Shown here in pieces: positions 47,781-58,233 of a stretch of DNA of 64,000 bases (positions within the stretch are counted from its first letter, which is position 1; the number at the start of each line of letters is the position of its first letter). A model generated the notes under the pieces. That model was not told the DNA's origin, made no database searches, and was given only the letters and a program-made list of their open reading frames with translations. Source of the stretch: Candidatus Omnitrophota bacterium (lineage in GTDB: Bacteria > Omnitrophota > Gorgyraeia > Zapsychrales > Zapsychraceae); contig JADFYJ010000013.1 of the NCBI GenBank assembly GCA_015233115.1, positions 9,670 to 73,669 on the forward strand. Direction: 5' to 3'. The position numbers and the translations under genes are program-made.

Positions 47781-49769
47781 TTAAAATTTTAATTCTATAC
47801 CTGCCAACACGTTAAATCTCTCCGCCGGAAAATAATCACGAGTATTAGCAGTCTTTTTCACTTCATACGATGAGTATAATTTATCCAGCATATTGTTCAA
47901 AGACAAATATACCTCAAAGTTCTTAGTTGGCTTATAAGAAATTTTACTTCCCAAGACAAAATATGGCTTAGCTTTAGGCATGGTATTGCCTACATCATTG
48001 ATAATATATCGCTGGCCAACGTAATGACCGAGTAATGAAAAATCAATCTTATCAAAGATCTGCCCATTAAATCCCAGGGCCGCTTGACTCCGGGGAACCA
48101 TCGGGATATCTTTACCGTCAAATACCCCATTTATAAATTCCGGAATTTCATAAGTATAATTCATGAAATACTTCAATTTGCTTAACCACGAATAATTAAC
48201 AAATCTCATAAGATCAAATGTGACACCATTTTCCGCCCCAATTCTACGGGTACGGTCATAATTCTTATCCTGGAACGTATTAGGATCGAAAAATATTTCA
48301 TTTCGATTCTCAATCCAATACGGGGTGCAATCAAATTCGATCCAATCGTGATAATTATGTTTGACCCCTGCTTCAAATTGAATACCTTTCTGCTGATTTA
48401 AAGTTGTATCCAATCCACTCCAAGAACTGTACCATTCATCTGTCGCCAAAAAACGGAAAGTCTGCTGGACATTAAAATGCACATTCGATCCTGCCGCGTA
48501 TTCATACCTGGTTCCTCCCATCGACACCCAGGCATTGGCATCCCGTTTAGTATCCGCGGATCCATTACGCTGATTAAAAGTATAATTGGCCTTCTGATAA
48601 CGGGTACCGGCATTCGCGAATAAATGTTCCAATACCTCAAGTTCGCCGGAACCGTAATAGCCAATTTCATCTTTGGAGATAACTAAATTATCCGTATTAA
48701 ACCGACTGCCGACAATGATGCTTTGATTAGTATAAGTATCAATTCCGGTCACCCAATTGACCTGACGCCCAAAAACCTGGGAATCAAACATGTATTTTCC
48801 TAAAATACCATCCGTCGTCATATAACGATCCGTATTCCACGTCCCGCTGAAAAAAGAATCAAAAACCTCCCGATTCCGATGAGTGTAATCCAAAGCAATT
48901 TTGCCGCCCTTAATCTCCTCGGGCCAAGGATTAATACTCACTGTTGCCTTGTAAAACTCATCATGGGTATTAGAGTGATCTCCAATATCAGCAGAGCCTC
49001 GTCGTCCCAAAGAGACTAATTCATTTTCATCCAGTCCTCCCGGCAACTGGTAATTATCTTTATGAAGACCATATTCAAAATCCAAACCTAAATGATTTCC
49101 CAAATCATATCCCAAACGGGTATTAAAATCTCCACTCACCACGTCGCTATTGGTTCGATACCCACGGTCATCCGCATACTTCGAATGGAAATAATAAGAT
49201 AAACCTTTTTCCGATCCTGAGAGCTGTACATTTCCGCCCTTTTTGTCATAACTGCCATAATAGGATTCAACTTGGCCAGATAACTTTCCTTTGCCTTTTT
49301 TTGTAATAATATTGATCACCCCTCCGACGGCGTTATCCCCGTAAAGCACACTGCCTGCTCCGCGGATGATCTCAATCCGTTCCACGTCTTCCAACGGAAT
49401 CTGTAAAAGATCAGCACCAGAGATGTCAATGGAGTTTGTTTTACGGTCATTCACTAAAACCAACACATTGCTTTTGGCGGTATCACCAAACCCGCGCATA
49501 TCAATGGTCGTGGTCTTAACTGAACCCCGGTCATAAACATAAATCCCCTGAACCTGTTCCAAAATCTGCGGGACAGTTTTCGCCGTGGAATGCTCAATAT
49601 CAAACAGATCAATAACTGTCACATTGCTGGACAATTTATAATCACTCTGACCGATCCGTGAAGCTGTGACCACAATCGGCGCCAAATGATTTTCTTCTGC
49701 GCTAACCCATTCTGCATTCACCAATACTGCTAATAAACATACCAACACCAACAAAAATTTATTTTTCAT
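47781..49769 (-). CDS. TonB-dependent outer-membrane receptor (BtuB-like by context)
   Basis: Signal peptide MKNKFLLVLVCLLAVLVNA, a plug and beta-barrel, and a C-terminal ..ELKF. The ATG at 49769 is preceded by AGGAA; the 15-codon extension in the track overlaps the riboswitch terminator and is rejected. Confidence 0.8.
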   Translation of the reverse strand: MKNKFLLVLVCLLAVLVNAEWVSAEENHLAPIVVTASRIGQSDYKLSSNVTVIDLFDIEHSTAKTVPQILEQVQGIYVYDRGSVKTTTIDMRGFGDTAKSNVLVLVNDRKTNSIDISGADLLQIPLEDVERIEIIRGAGSVLYGDNAVGGVINIITKKGKGKLSGQVESYYGSYDKKGGNVQLSGSEKGLSYYFHSKYADDRGYRTNSDVVSGDFNTRLGYDLGNHLGLDFEYGLHKDNYQLPGGLDENELVSLGRRGSADIGDHSNTHDEFYKATVSINPWPEEIKGGKIALDYTHRNREVFDSFFSGTWNTDRYMTTDGILGKYMFDSQVFGRQVNWVTGIDTYTNQSIIVGSRFNTDNLVISKDEIGYYGSGELEVLEHLFANAGTRYQKANYTFNQRNGSADTKRDANAWVSMGGTRYEYAAGSNVHFNVQQTFRFLATDEWYSSWSGLDTTLNQQKGIQFEAGVKHNYHDWIEFDCTPYWIENRNEIFFDPNTFQDKNYDRTRRIGAENGVTFDLMRFVNYSWLSKLKYFMNYTYEIPEFINGVFDGKDIPMVPRSQAALGFNGQIFDKIDFSLLGHYVGQRYIINDVGNTMPKAKPYFVLGSKISYKPTKNFEVYLSLNNMLDKLYSSYEVKKTANTRDYFPAERFNVLAGIELKF

Positions 49770-49780
49770 GTTTTCCTTTT

Positions 49781-50015
49781 TTTTACAATAAAAAATCCTC
49801 ATCGAGATATTCAATGAGGATCAGTTAACCTTATCTATTTTTCCGGTGGATATGTCTCGCGCACTCCAAAGGATAAATACTTCGGTTGGTACTCTGACTC
49901 GTAATCGGGAGACACGAAACTTAATTTTAAAACCAAATTAAGTATCATGTCCCCCCCTACTTACAGTAGCGGGACTGTTCGTGATTTGCACACGATTCCC
50001 CAAACCGAAATAATT
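49781..50015 (-). ncRNA. Cobalamin riboswitch-like leader with terminator-type expression platform
   Basis: The minus-strand reading contains GGGGAAUCGUGUGCAAAUCACGAACAGUCCCGCUACUGUAAG, matching the conserved GGGAA..GGUG.AAAUCC..GUCCCGC.ACUGUAA B12-box region. At the 3' end is the hairpin AUCCUCAU-11nt-AUGAGGAU plus a U-tract (49781-49821) just before the RBS. Confidence 0.6.
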
Positions 50016-50162
50016 AAAATATGGACGTAATATTTATATATCAGTTTTTAGTTGTTGGTTATTGGCTGTTGGTTAAAAAAAATCGCTTTTAACAAAAACC
50101 AAAAACTATCAACCATCAACATTAAAACCAAATTAAATATTATGTCCCTCTTTAAAGAACAA

Positions 50163-50651
50163 TTAAATTTTTACTGTCTGTACTTTCACTAAACTCATTT
50201 GCACAACTTTATGTAAAACCAACGCGTACACGACAGTGCTGACTAAAGACCATCGGAAGAATGGCACGGCCATGGCGTAACAATCTACCAAACCTCTCGC
50301 ATCCATAGGATACATCCCAGAGGTCAACCAAACGCCTAAATTTGTAAACACATAAAACAAGGTTGCTGACAATAAACTGCTCATCACAACATTCCCTGTG
50401 GTTTTGCGATCGCGCAGATAAAAATTAAACCAGGCGATTAAACCGATACTGCCCCAGGTATACAGCACAGTCGCATGCCATCCCAAAATCATATCTGTTA
50501 CTGCCATAAGAACAACCGGAAGCCATACCGCGTATTTTTTATCAACATACATCCCGCTAAACAGCGCAATTGCTATAACCGGCGAAAAATTCGGGACGTG
50601 AACAAACAAGCGTGAAGCAATACCTAAAATTAATAATCCGTAAACCAACAT
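50163..50651 (-). CDS. Small polytopic membrane protein of unknown function
   Basis: Five or six hydrophobic helices; the ATG at 50651 is preceded by GAGGAG. The extension to 50711 in the track is encoded by AGTAAAA tandem repeats and is rejected. Confidence 0.5.
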   Translation of the reverse strand: MLVYGLLILGIASRLFVHVPNFSPVIAIALFSGMYVDKKYAVWLPVVLMAVTDMILGWHATVLYTWGSIGLIAWFNFYLRDRKTTGNVVMSSLLSATLFYVFTNLGVWLTSGMYPMDARGLVDCYAMAVPFFRWSLVSTVVYALVLHKVVQMSLVKVQTVKI

Positions 50652-50838
50652 ACATTTCTCCTCTTTAAAGTAAAAAGTTAGAAGTAAAAAGTAAAAGTAA
50701 AAACGAAACAAAAAGCTAAAATATAATCAAAAACAAGTAAATCCTTTTTACCACAACTATCTCGCATATACAATTAGATTTTTTGGAAATAATAATAAAT
50801 TATTTGCGAAATAAAAATTTCCGTATAATATACTTTCA

Positions 50839-51717
50839 ATGAAAAAAATACCTGACATTTTTAAAGAAAAAGCCCAGACCCTTTCTTTTGAATTTTTTCC
50901 TCCTAAGACGGAGCAAGGTTTTACAAATCTCAAAGAAACCGTCAAAGAATTAGCAGAGCTCAAACCGGATTTTATTTCCTGCACTTACGGCGCGGGCGGA
51001 GGCAATCGAGATAAGACCTTAGATATCGCGCAAATGATTCAAGATCAACACCATATCCCTGCTCTCGCGCATTTGACCTGCGTCTTAAATACCCGAGAGC
51101 AAATCCGTCAAATTGTGGAAGATATTAAAAAACGCGGCATTTGCAACATATTAGCCTTACGCGGAGATCCGCCTCAAGATCAGCCCAATTGGGAACCTGG
51201 GCCGGAAAATTTTTATTTCGCCAAAGATCTGTGCTATTTTATCCGGGATAACTGGGATGAATATTTTGGCATCGGCGTAGCGGGATTTCCTGAAGGACAT
51301 CCGCGATGTCCTGATCTTGACCTTGATGCCAGTTATTTGAAACGAAAAATTTTGGCAGGCGCAGATTTTGTTATTACCCAGCTTTTTTTAGATAATCAGG
51401 ATTATTTCGCTTATTTAAAACGACTAAAATCTGTTCGCACCACGGCACGCGTGTTGCCAGGAATCCTGCCCATCACCAATTACGAGAGCTTAATTAAATT
51501 TTGTGCGAAAGATAAGATCCGAGTTCCTGAAAAAGTAAAAAATATTTTTGAACCGATCAAAAATAATGCGGAAGCAACGCTTAAAGCAGGCATCCAATTC
51601 GCTGTTGAACAATGCCAGGAACTCCTAAATCAAGGCGCTCCAGGCATTCACCTCTACACCCTCAATAAAGTTCATCCCGCCAAAGAAATTGTAGAGCAGT
51701 TAAAATTTACTTCTTAA
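50839..51717 (+). CDS. metF: 5,10-methylenetetrahydrofolate reductase
   Basis: SFEFFPPKT N-terminus and MetF TIM-barrel blocks; the only plus-strand gene in the window. Confidence 0.85.
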   Translation: MKKIPDIFKEKAQTLSFEFFPPKTEQGFTNLKETVKELAELKPDFISCTYGAGGGNRDKTLDIAQMIQDQHHIPALAHLTCVLNTREQIRQIVEDIKKRGICNILALRGDPPQDQPNWEPGPENFYFAKDLCYFIRDNWDEYFGIGVAGFPEGHPRCPDLDLDASYLKRKILAGADFVITQLFLDNQDYFAYLKRLKSVRTTARVLPGILPITNYESLIKFCAKDKIRVPEKVKNIFEPIKNNAEATLKAGIQFAVEQCQELLNQGAPGIHLYTLNKVHPAKEIVEQLKFTS

Positions 51718-52213
51718 AAATTTCATCCAGATTATCCGGCAATTCATGGCCGGCTTCTTTGACCACGCCATTTTCATCAATAAAAACAAAAGTGGGAATG
51801 CCGACCACCTCATAAGCATCCGCGACTTTGTTATCCTGGTCTAAAGCTGAATCCGCGTTAAGATGGACTTTGGTTAAATATTCCTTAACCATATCCCCTT
51901 TTTCTCCCAAATCGACCAAAACCAATTGGATATTATTTTTTTCTAATTCCCCTAACCGGCCTTGTAAATTTTTAAGAGCGTCCTGGCAATGCGGACACCA
52001 GGTGGTCCAAAAGAATACAACAGTTTTTTTCCCTTTGCGGAAAGATTCATTAAAATTCAGAGTCGAGCCTTTATACGTAGGAAGAGAAAAATCTTTCGCC
52101 TTCTCACCGGCCATAGTCGGCGCTTCAAAAGGAGAAAATTGGGCAGAGACAATTTTAATGCCAGCGAAAAAAAACATTAAACTAACAAACATAATAACGC
52201 GTATTTTATTCAT
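51707..52213 (-). CDS. Secreted thioredoxin-fold thiol-disulfide oxidoreductase (TlpA/ResA-like)
   Basis: Signal peptide plus WCPHC active site. Confidence 0.7.
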   Translation of the reverse strand: MNKIRVIMFVSLMFFFAGIKIVSAQFSPFEAPTMAGEKAKDFSLPTYKGSTLNFNESFRKGKKTVVFFWTTWCPHCQDALKNLQGRLGELEKNNIQLVLVDLGEKGDMVKEYLTKVHLNADSALDQDNKVADAYEVVGIPTFVFIDENGVVKEAGHELPDNLDEIFKK

Positions 52214-52399
52214 TTTAAATTTCCTTTATTATGAGTGCCTGACTTATGGAGCGATTTATCGCGAACATCAAGTCAGCCGCACGAATTTATCCCGCGAAGC
52301 TGAACAACGTGAAGCTTGCCGGTCAGGCAAGGCCGCGACCTAGCGGCCGTAGCGGGATTCAATATCTTTATTATAAAACATATTTCATAGAAAACAAGA

Positions 52400-53413
52400 T
52401 TATTGGCGATCAGCGTTTAATAAAACCCCGAAATCTTTAGGAGCAGCAGGATCAGGAACGGAAAAGACCTTTTTTAAAATCATATCCCCTACTTTTGGCA
52501 AAAAATGCGAAGTATCATAATATAACCAATCATTAGTGGTGATCGCGTTCAATCCGGAAAAATCCCAAACCTGGCCGCAAATATTCACGACGGATTTTAA
52601 CCAATAGCTATATTCTTCTTTCGTAAATGATTTAAACGCGTATTGAGAGTAAGGATTAATAATCACAATGCGGGGAATTTTTTCCTGGTCGATAAAATTC
52701 ATCAAACGTTTTAACCGTTCCAAATTAACCGCGACCCGGTCCAATTTACCTCTCACATACGGAATTTCCATTTTAAACCGTTCTTTGAAATATTTGGCAT
52801 GATCCTTAACGATCGCCTGATCACGGTCAACATAATACCAATGCCCCGTAGTTTGATCAAATTGATAAGACGCGGGTTTATGACGGAGAATAACGTCACG
52901 AAAGGCTTTACGCCAATTATTAAAATCAAAATTTAAGGCAAACGGCGGATAAAAACTAAACCAGCTCTCTCCGCTCACCAAGGGATGTTCTTTAGCCTCG
53001 ATAGCATTTTTAGGAAAATCATCCACCAAAAACATAAAATCATAATCCAGGCCTAAAATCACTTGTTTTATTTTTATGTTGCGTTTTTTTAACCAAACTA
53101 ATTCATTCAAAATCAGATCCAATTTTTCCGCAGCCGCGGAAAAACTGTAATAATGAAGACCGGATAATTGAGAAGCGAGTTTCGCGGCATAAAAATTTGT
53201 CCGGGAAGATCCCACGATAAAAGCATCATAGTCATCCGGATGGGCATTTAAAAATTTCACTTTCAAATAGCGAAAATTCGCGCTGACATTTGTATTATTA
53301 AAATGAGAAATACCAAAAATACGATATATATCCCACAGCACGTTCATGGAAATCACGAAACTGATCGCGAGCGTTACAATGGTAATAAAAATTAGATTAT
53401 ATTTTTTTTCCAT
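52400..53413 (-). CDS. DltD-like SGNH-fold membrane-anchored protein (second copy)
   Basis: N-terminal TM, IVGSSR Ser block, and later D-x-x-H (DTSHF). The ATG at 53413 is used; the GTG extension in the track lies in the palindrome. Confidence 0.5.
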   Translation of the reverse strand: MEKKYNLIFITIVTLAISFVISMNVLWDIYRIFGISHFNNTNVSANFRYLKVKFLNAHPDDYDAFIVGSSRTNFYAAKLASQLSGLHYYSFSAAAEKLDLILNELVWLKKRNIKIKQVILGLDYDFMFLVDDFPKNAIEAKEHPLVSGESWFSFYPPFALNFDFNNWRKAFRDVILRHKPASYQFDQTTGHWYYVDRDQAIVKDHAKYFKERFKMEIPYVRGKLDRVAVNLERLKRLMNFIDQEKIPRIVIINPYSQYAFKSFTKEEYSYWLKSVVNICGQVWDFSGLNAITTNDWLYYDTSHFLPKVGDMILKKVFSVPDPAAPKDFGVLLNADRQ

Positions 53414-53420
53414 AGACCAT

Positions 53421-53465
53421 GGGACCACCGCGTAGGTGGACCATTGGTCCACCTACGCGGTGGTC
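53421..53465. repeat. 45-bp perfect GC-rich palindrome (22-bp arms)
   Basis: ggaccaccgcgtaggtggacca t tggtccacctacgcggtggtcc, intergenic between the CcdA-like and DltD-like genes. Confidence 0.85.
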
Positions 53466-53471
53466 CAGCGG

Positions 53472-54143
53472 TTAAATTGTTCGTATAAATTTAATAATAA
53501 AAAATACTGCGGCTAACAGGATAACCCCGGCGCAAACATGTTTAACAGTATGCATCCATTTTCCTGATTTTGGTAAATGTTCCAAAAGTCCGCTAAAAGT
53601 GCCGGCTAGAATCAGGGAAAACCCCACTCCATATGAAAAAACAAATAATAAACTCACAGCGTGCAGGATATTGTGCTTAGAGCCGGCATAAACCAAAAGC
53701 GTTCCTAATACCGGCGATGTGCACGGCCCTACCATTAAACCAGCCACAATCCCGAATACCACGACTGACCAGACATGTTTTTTATTAATATGATGATGAA
53801 AGGTAATTTGCAAAAATGGAATACGCACCCACTCCATCATGACTGAACCAAAAAAGGCTAATAATATTCCGATTGCCAAATACACCGCAGGCTGATTTTG
53901 CCACTGTCCAAAAATCTTCCCAGTTAAAACCGCGATCACAGCCAACGAGCAATAAGTTACAGCAATGCCTAACACATACAACAGGGACAAAAAGAAGCCC
54001 GTCATTTTATCGCCTTCATCATTAATCCCGGAAATATAACTGACAGTGACAGGCAAAATCGGATAAATGCAAGGCGTAAAACTGACAAACACTCCCGCGG
54101 AAAAAACCACCAAATAATCTGACCAACCGCCGGTTAGGTGCAT
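53472..54143 (-). CDS. Cytochrome c-type biogenesis / thiol-disulfide transfer membrane protein, CcdA/DsbD-core-like
   Basis: Six TM helices with the two conserved Cys (TPCIYP and GPCTSP). Confidence 0.7.
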   Translation of the reverse strand: MHLTGGWSDYLVVFSAGVFVSFTPCIYPILPVTVSYISGINDEGDKMTGFFLSLLYVLGIAVTYCSLAVIAVLTGKIFGQWQNQPAVYLAIGILLAFFGSVMMEWVRIPFLQITFHHHINKKHVWSVVVFGIVAGLMVGPCTSPVLGTLLVYAGSKHNILHAVSLLFVFSYGVGFSLILAGTFSGLLEHLPKSGKWMHTVKHVCAGVILLAAVFFIIKFIRTI

Positions 54144-54168
54144 AAAAAAACTCCATGAAAATTACAAA

Positions 54169-57100
54169 TTATCGGGAGGGTCTTAGACCCTCCCCTACAG
54201 AAAAATATTTACTTTCCGGATGACTGAAATAAAAACCGCATACGGATGCTTCGGGGACCATCATGGCTGAATCTGTCAATTTGACGCCGATATTTTTTGG
54301 TCCATCCAGTAAATTAAAAATGATCCGTTTATCTTCGTGATCAGGGCAGGCAGGATATCCCGGCGCAGGGCGTATGCCGCGGTACTTTCCGGAAAATAGG
54401 TCAGCTTTAGTTAAATTTTCATACGGAGCATAAGCCCACCATTTTTTTCGCACATCTTCATGCATTTTTTCAGTCAAAGCTTCGGCTAAACGATTCGCTA
54501 AAATTTTGACCATGATCGCGCCATAATCATCGCCGGATTTTTTATATTTTTCCACTAATTTATCCGCTCCAAGCCCGGCTGTGGCCGCAAAACAGCCGAT
54601 ATAATCCGTCATTCCCTTATCCTTCGGAGCCACAAAATCCGCCAAGGCATAGGTTTCTTTCTGACCCTGAGGAATGCTTTGCTGACGCAGAGTTGGAATC
54701 TCAGCCAAGACCTGAACTCCATGCTCATCTGTATAAACTTCTATCAACTCGCCGACTGAATTAGCTGGATAAAGTCCAAATACGCCATTAGCTATAAACG
54801 ACTTATCCTGAATAATCTGATCCAGCATCACCTGCGCATCAGCGTACAATTTTTTCGCCTCTTCGCCTTTTTCAGGATCATTCAAAATTTCCGGATATTT
54901 CCTTTTCATGCCCCATTCAATAAAAAAGAACGTCCAATCTATGTAATCCCGCAAAATGTTTAAATCATAATCCGCGTAAATTTTCACGCCCAGCATTTGC
55001 GGTTTAACGATTGATTTTGAAAAATCCAATTTGATGGCTTTGCCGCGGGCTTCGTCGATAGAAATGGATTCCGTGGAGTGTTGCGAAGAATTAAAATTTT
55101 CTTTCGCCCTCGCGTATTCATCGTTAAGATTCTTTATGAATCCTTCTTTAGTCTTCGGATTCATCAATTGCTGACACACAGTGACCCCGCGGGACGCGTC
55201 TTTACAATGCACGACCACGCCCTTATATTCAGGAGCAATCTTGACCGCCGTATGAATGATTGACGTTGTGGCTCCGCCTAAAACAATGGGGATATTCAAT
55301 CCCCTGCGCTGCATTTCTTTCGCCACATGCACCATTTCTTCCAAGGACGGTGTGATCAAACCGCTTAAACCGATAATATCCGCTTTTTCTTTTACTGCCG
55401 CGTCTATAATCTGTTCTGCCGGCACCATAACTCCTAAATCAATGACTTCAAAATTATTGCATGCCAAAACCACGCCCACAATATTTTTGCCAATATCATG
55501 CACATCGCCTTTAACTGTCGCCATTAAAATTTTTCCCGCCTTTTTCGCCCCTTCGCCCTGGCTCTCTTCTTCAATAAACGGCTGTAAATATTCCACAGCC
55601 TTTTTCATGACCCGAGCGCTTTTAACCACCTGAGGCAAAAACATTTTTCCAGCCCCGAACATGACGCCCACAGCATCCATACCGCCCATGAGCGGTCCTT
55701 CAATAATATCTAAAGACCAGATATTTCTTTGACGGATTTCATCTAAATCTGCCTCAATAAAATCCGTCACCCCTTTAATCATCGCATGCTTTAACCGCTC
55801 CTCAACAGGCGCGTGGCGCCATTCCTGCAGAGTCTCAGCTTTCTTTTCTGTTCCCTGAACGCTTTGCGCGAAACTGATCAAACGTTCTGTCGCATCCATC
55901 CTGCGGTTTAGCAAAACATCTTCCACTCTATCGAGCAAATCCGCAGGGATATCATCATAGACGGCAATCATCCCCGCGTTCACAATCCCCATATCCATGC
56001 CCGCTTTAATAGCATGATACAAAAACGCGGAATGCATGGCTTCCCTGACTGGATCATTACCGCGAAAAGAAAATGAAACGTTACTCACCCCGCCGCTGAT
56101 CAAGCAATGGGGCAAAGTGTCTTTAATCGTTTGCGTGGCTTTTATAAAATCCAAAGCATAATTATTATGCTCATCCATGCCTGTCGCAACAGCAAAAATA
56201 TTGGGATCAAAAATAATATCTTCCGGCGGCAGGCCGACTTGATCGACTAAAAGACGATACGCGCGCGTACAAATATTTACTTTGCGGTCATATGAATCTG
56301 CCTGGCCTTTTTCATCAAACGCCATAACGACTGCTGCAGCGCCGTATTTTTTAACCAAAGCCGCGTGCTGGATAAATTTATCTTCACCCTCTTTTAAGCT
56401 GATCGAGTTGACTATAGATTTTCCCTGCACACACTTTAATCCGGCTTCTATTACTTCCCAATTGGAAGAATCAATCATCACCGGCACCCTGCTGATATCC
56501 GGTTCTGAGGCGAGCAGGTTCAAAAATTTAACCATCTCTGCCTTGGCATCCAGCATCCCTTCGTCCATATTCACGTCAATGATCTGCGCGCCGGCTTCTA
56601 CCTGCTGGCGGGCAATAGATAAGGCTTCCTCATATTTTTTCTCATTAATCAGTTTCAAAAATTTCTTTGACCCTGCCACATTAGTGCGTTCACCCACATT
56701 TATAAAATTGGTTTCTTTAGTGACGACCAAAGGTTCCAGCCCGCTGAACATACTGTGCACAGGAAGCGCGGGAATAACCCGGGGCAAAATTCCTCTCACC
56801 GCATTGGCAAAAGCCCGGATATGATCCGGTGACGTTCCACAGCATCCGCCGACAATATTGACTAAACCGCTTTGCGCGAAATCTTTAATGTGTTCCGCCA
56901 TCATGTCCGGAGTTTCATCATAACCGCCAAACGCGTTAGGCAATCCGGCATTCGGATACGCGCTCACAAAACAGGATGCCATATTGGATAAGGTCTCAAT
57001 ATGCGGACGCATATCTTTCGCGCCCAAAGCACAATTGAAACCCGCGCTTAACAGATTGGCATGTTTGATGGAAATATAAAACGCTTCAGCTGTTTGCCCG

Positions 57101-57774
57101 GATAAAGTGCGGCCGCTCGCGTCGGTGATTGTACCTGAAACCATGAGAGGAACAGCACGCCCTATTTTTTCACAATACGTTTGTGCCGCGAATAATGCCG
57201 CTTTGCAGTTTAACGTATCAAAGACTGTCTCAATTAACAAAAGATCAGCTCCGCCGTCAATCAAACCGCGCATCTGTTCCGTATAGGCGTCAACCAATTG
57301 ATCAAAATTAACCGCCCGATAACCAGGGTCTTTGACGTCAGGCGATATGGACGCGGTGCGGTTAGTCGGTCCAATAGATCCGGCCACAAATCGAGGTTTA
57401 TCAGGATTTAATTTGGTAAATTTATCCGCGGCTTTCCTGGCAATAGACGCAGACGCGACATTTAGACGGTAGACCAGCCCCTGCATATCATAATCCGCCA
57501 GGCTGATGGCATTCGCGTTAAACGTATTGGTCTCAATAATATCCGCGCCAGCTTCCAGATATTCAGAATGTATTTCTTCAATAATATCCGGACGGGTTAA
57601 AGATAAAAGATCATTATTGCCTTTAAGATTAATCACATGGCTGGTAAATTCTTTGCCGCGATAATCTTCTTCCCGCAAACCATACCGCTGGACCATCGTC
57701 CCCATAGCCCCGTCTAATACGAGGATACGGTCTTTGAGTAAACAGTAAATGGGATGTATATTTTTCATTTTCAT
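54169..57774 (-). CDS. metH: Cobalamin-dependent methionine synthase
   Basis: 1201 aa with Hcy-binding, pterin-binding, B12-binding ([11 protein letters not shown]) and AdoMet-reactivation domains. Confidence 0.9.
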   Translation of the reverse strand: MKMKNIHPIYCLLKDRILVLDGAMGTMVQRYGLREEDYRGKEFTSHVINLKGNNDLLSLTRPDIIEEIHSEYLEAGADIIETNTFNANAISLADYDMQGLVYRLNVASASIARKAADKFTKLNPDKPRFVAGSIGPTNRTASISPDVKDPGYRAVNFDQLVDAYTEQMRGLIDGGADLLLIETVFDTLNCKAALFAAQTYCEKIGRAVPLMVSGTITDASGRTLSGQTAEAFYISIKHANLLSAGFNCALGAKDMRPHIETLSNMASCFVSAYPNAGLPNAFGGYDETPDMMAEHIKDFAQSGLVNIVGGCCGTSPDHIRAFANAVRGILPRVIPALPVHSMFSGLEPLVVTKETNFINVGERTNVAGSKKFLKLINEKKYEEALSIARQQVEAGAQIIDVNMDEGMLDAKAEMVKFLNLLASEPDISRVPVMIDSSNWEVIEAGLKCVQGKSIVNSISLKEGEDKFIQHAALVKKYGAAAVVMAFDEKGQADSYDRKVNICTRAYRLLVDQVGLPPEDIIFDPNIFAVATGMDEHNNYALDFIKATQTIKDTLPHCLISGGVSNVSFSFRGNDPVREAMHSAFLYHAIKAGMDMGIVNAGMIAVYDDIPADLLDRVEDVLLNRRMDATERLISFAQSVQGTEKKAETLQEWRHAPVEERLKHAMIKGVTDFIEADLDEIRQRNIWSLDIIEGPLMGGMDAVGVMFGAGKMFLPQVVKSARVMKKAVEYLQPFIEEESQGEGAKKAGKILMATVKGDVHDIGKNIVGVVLACNNFEVIDLGVMVPAEQIIDAAVKEKADIIGLSGLITPSLEEMVHVAKEMQRRGLNIPIVLGGATTSIIHTAVKIAPEYKGVVVHCKDASRGVTVCQQLMNPKTKEGFIKNLNDEYARAKENFNSSQHSTESISIDEARGKAIKLDFSKSIVKPQMLGVKIYADYDLNILRDYIDWTFFFIEWGMKRKYPEILNDPEKGEEAKKLYADAQVMLDQIIQDKSFIANGVFGLYPANSVGELIEVYTDEHGVQVLAEIPTLRQQSIPQGQKETYALADFVAPKDKGMTDYIGCFAATAGLGADKLVEKYKKSGDDYGAIMVKILANRLAEALTEKMHEDVRKKWWAYAPYENLTKADLFSGKYRGIRPAPGYPACPDHEDKRIIFNLLDGPKNIGVKLTDSAMMVPEASVCGFYFSHPESKYFSVGEGLRPSR

Positions 57775-57777
57775 TTT

Positions 57778-58233
57778 TTACTCCAAAAACGGCTCGACCC
57801 ATTTCCTAAAAAGCTTAAGGCCATCAGCAGGCACCACGATTGGAAAATCAACTAGTGATGAAATATGCGGCCCCATGAAATCACGTGTATTCCAGGTGAC
57901 AAACGCGGAAACTTTTGCCAGATGAGCGGAACACAAAATATTTGCGTCAGCCTTGGGTAATTTATCTAAAAATGGCTTAACTTGATTGTTCGTTGGATCC
58001 GGAGCAATTTCAGGAGCCAAATATTTCCAAAGCCTGCGGTTTTCCTGAATGAGTTCTGGAAATTTCACGGCCAAAACCCTATCGGCTTCAATAATAACTT
58101 CTTGAGAAACAACCATCCGAAGTATCCCGCCTTCAACCAAGCGAATCAATTCTCCAGCGGCTCCTTTGGGAGAAATCAAAGCCGCGATGTATGCGCTCGT
58201 ATCAAAAAAAATTCTGTATTGGGGGATAACCAT
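57778..58233 (-). CDS. PIN-domain ribonuclease (VapC-like toxin)
   Basis: FFDTSAYIA N-terminal acidic motif and PIN size. Confidence 0.65.
   Translation of the reverse strand: MVIPQYRIFFDTSAYIAALISPKGAAGELIRLVEGGILRMVVSQEVIIEADRVLAVKFPELIQENRRLWKYLAPEIAPDPTNNQVKPFLDKLPKADANILCSAHLAKVSAFVTWNTRDFMGPHISSLVDFPIVVPADGLKLFRKWVEPFLE

Noticed and set aside
49770-49814. N-terminal extension MNISMRIFYCKKKEN of the TonB receptor
   Set aside because: It overlaps the riboswitch terminator hairpin and U-tract, and a clear RBS and signal peptide follow at 49769.
50652-50711. N-terminal extension MFRFYFYFLLLTFYFKEEKC of the small membrane protein
   Set aside because: It is encoded by AGTAAAA tandem repeats, and a strong GAGGAG RBS precedes the internal ATG at 50651.
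50757-50984. 75-aa minus-strand ORF overlapping the metF start
   Set aside because: It overlaps the metF promoter and the first 48 codons of metF on the opposite strand, with no RBS and no family resemblance.
51828-52343. 171-aa plus-strand ORF
   Set aside because: It is antisense to the thioredoxin-like gene (51707-52213), whose signal peptide and WCPHC motif make that minus-strand gene the real one.
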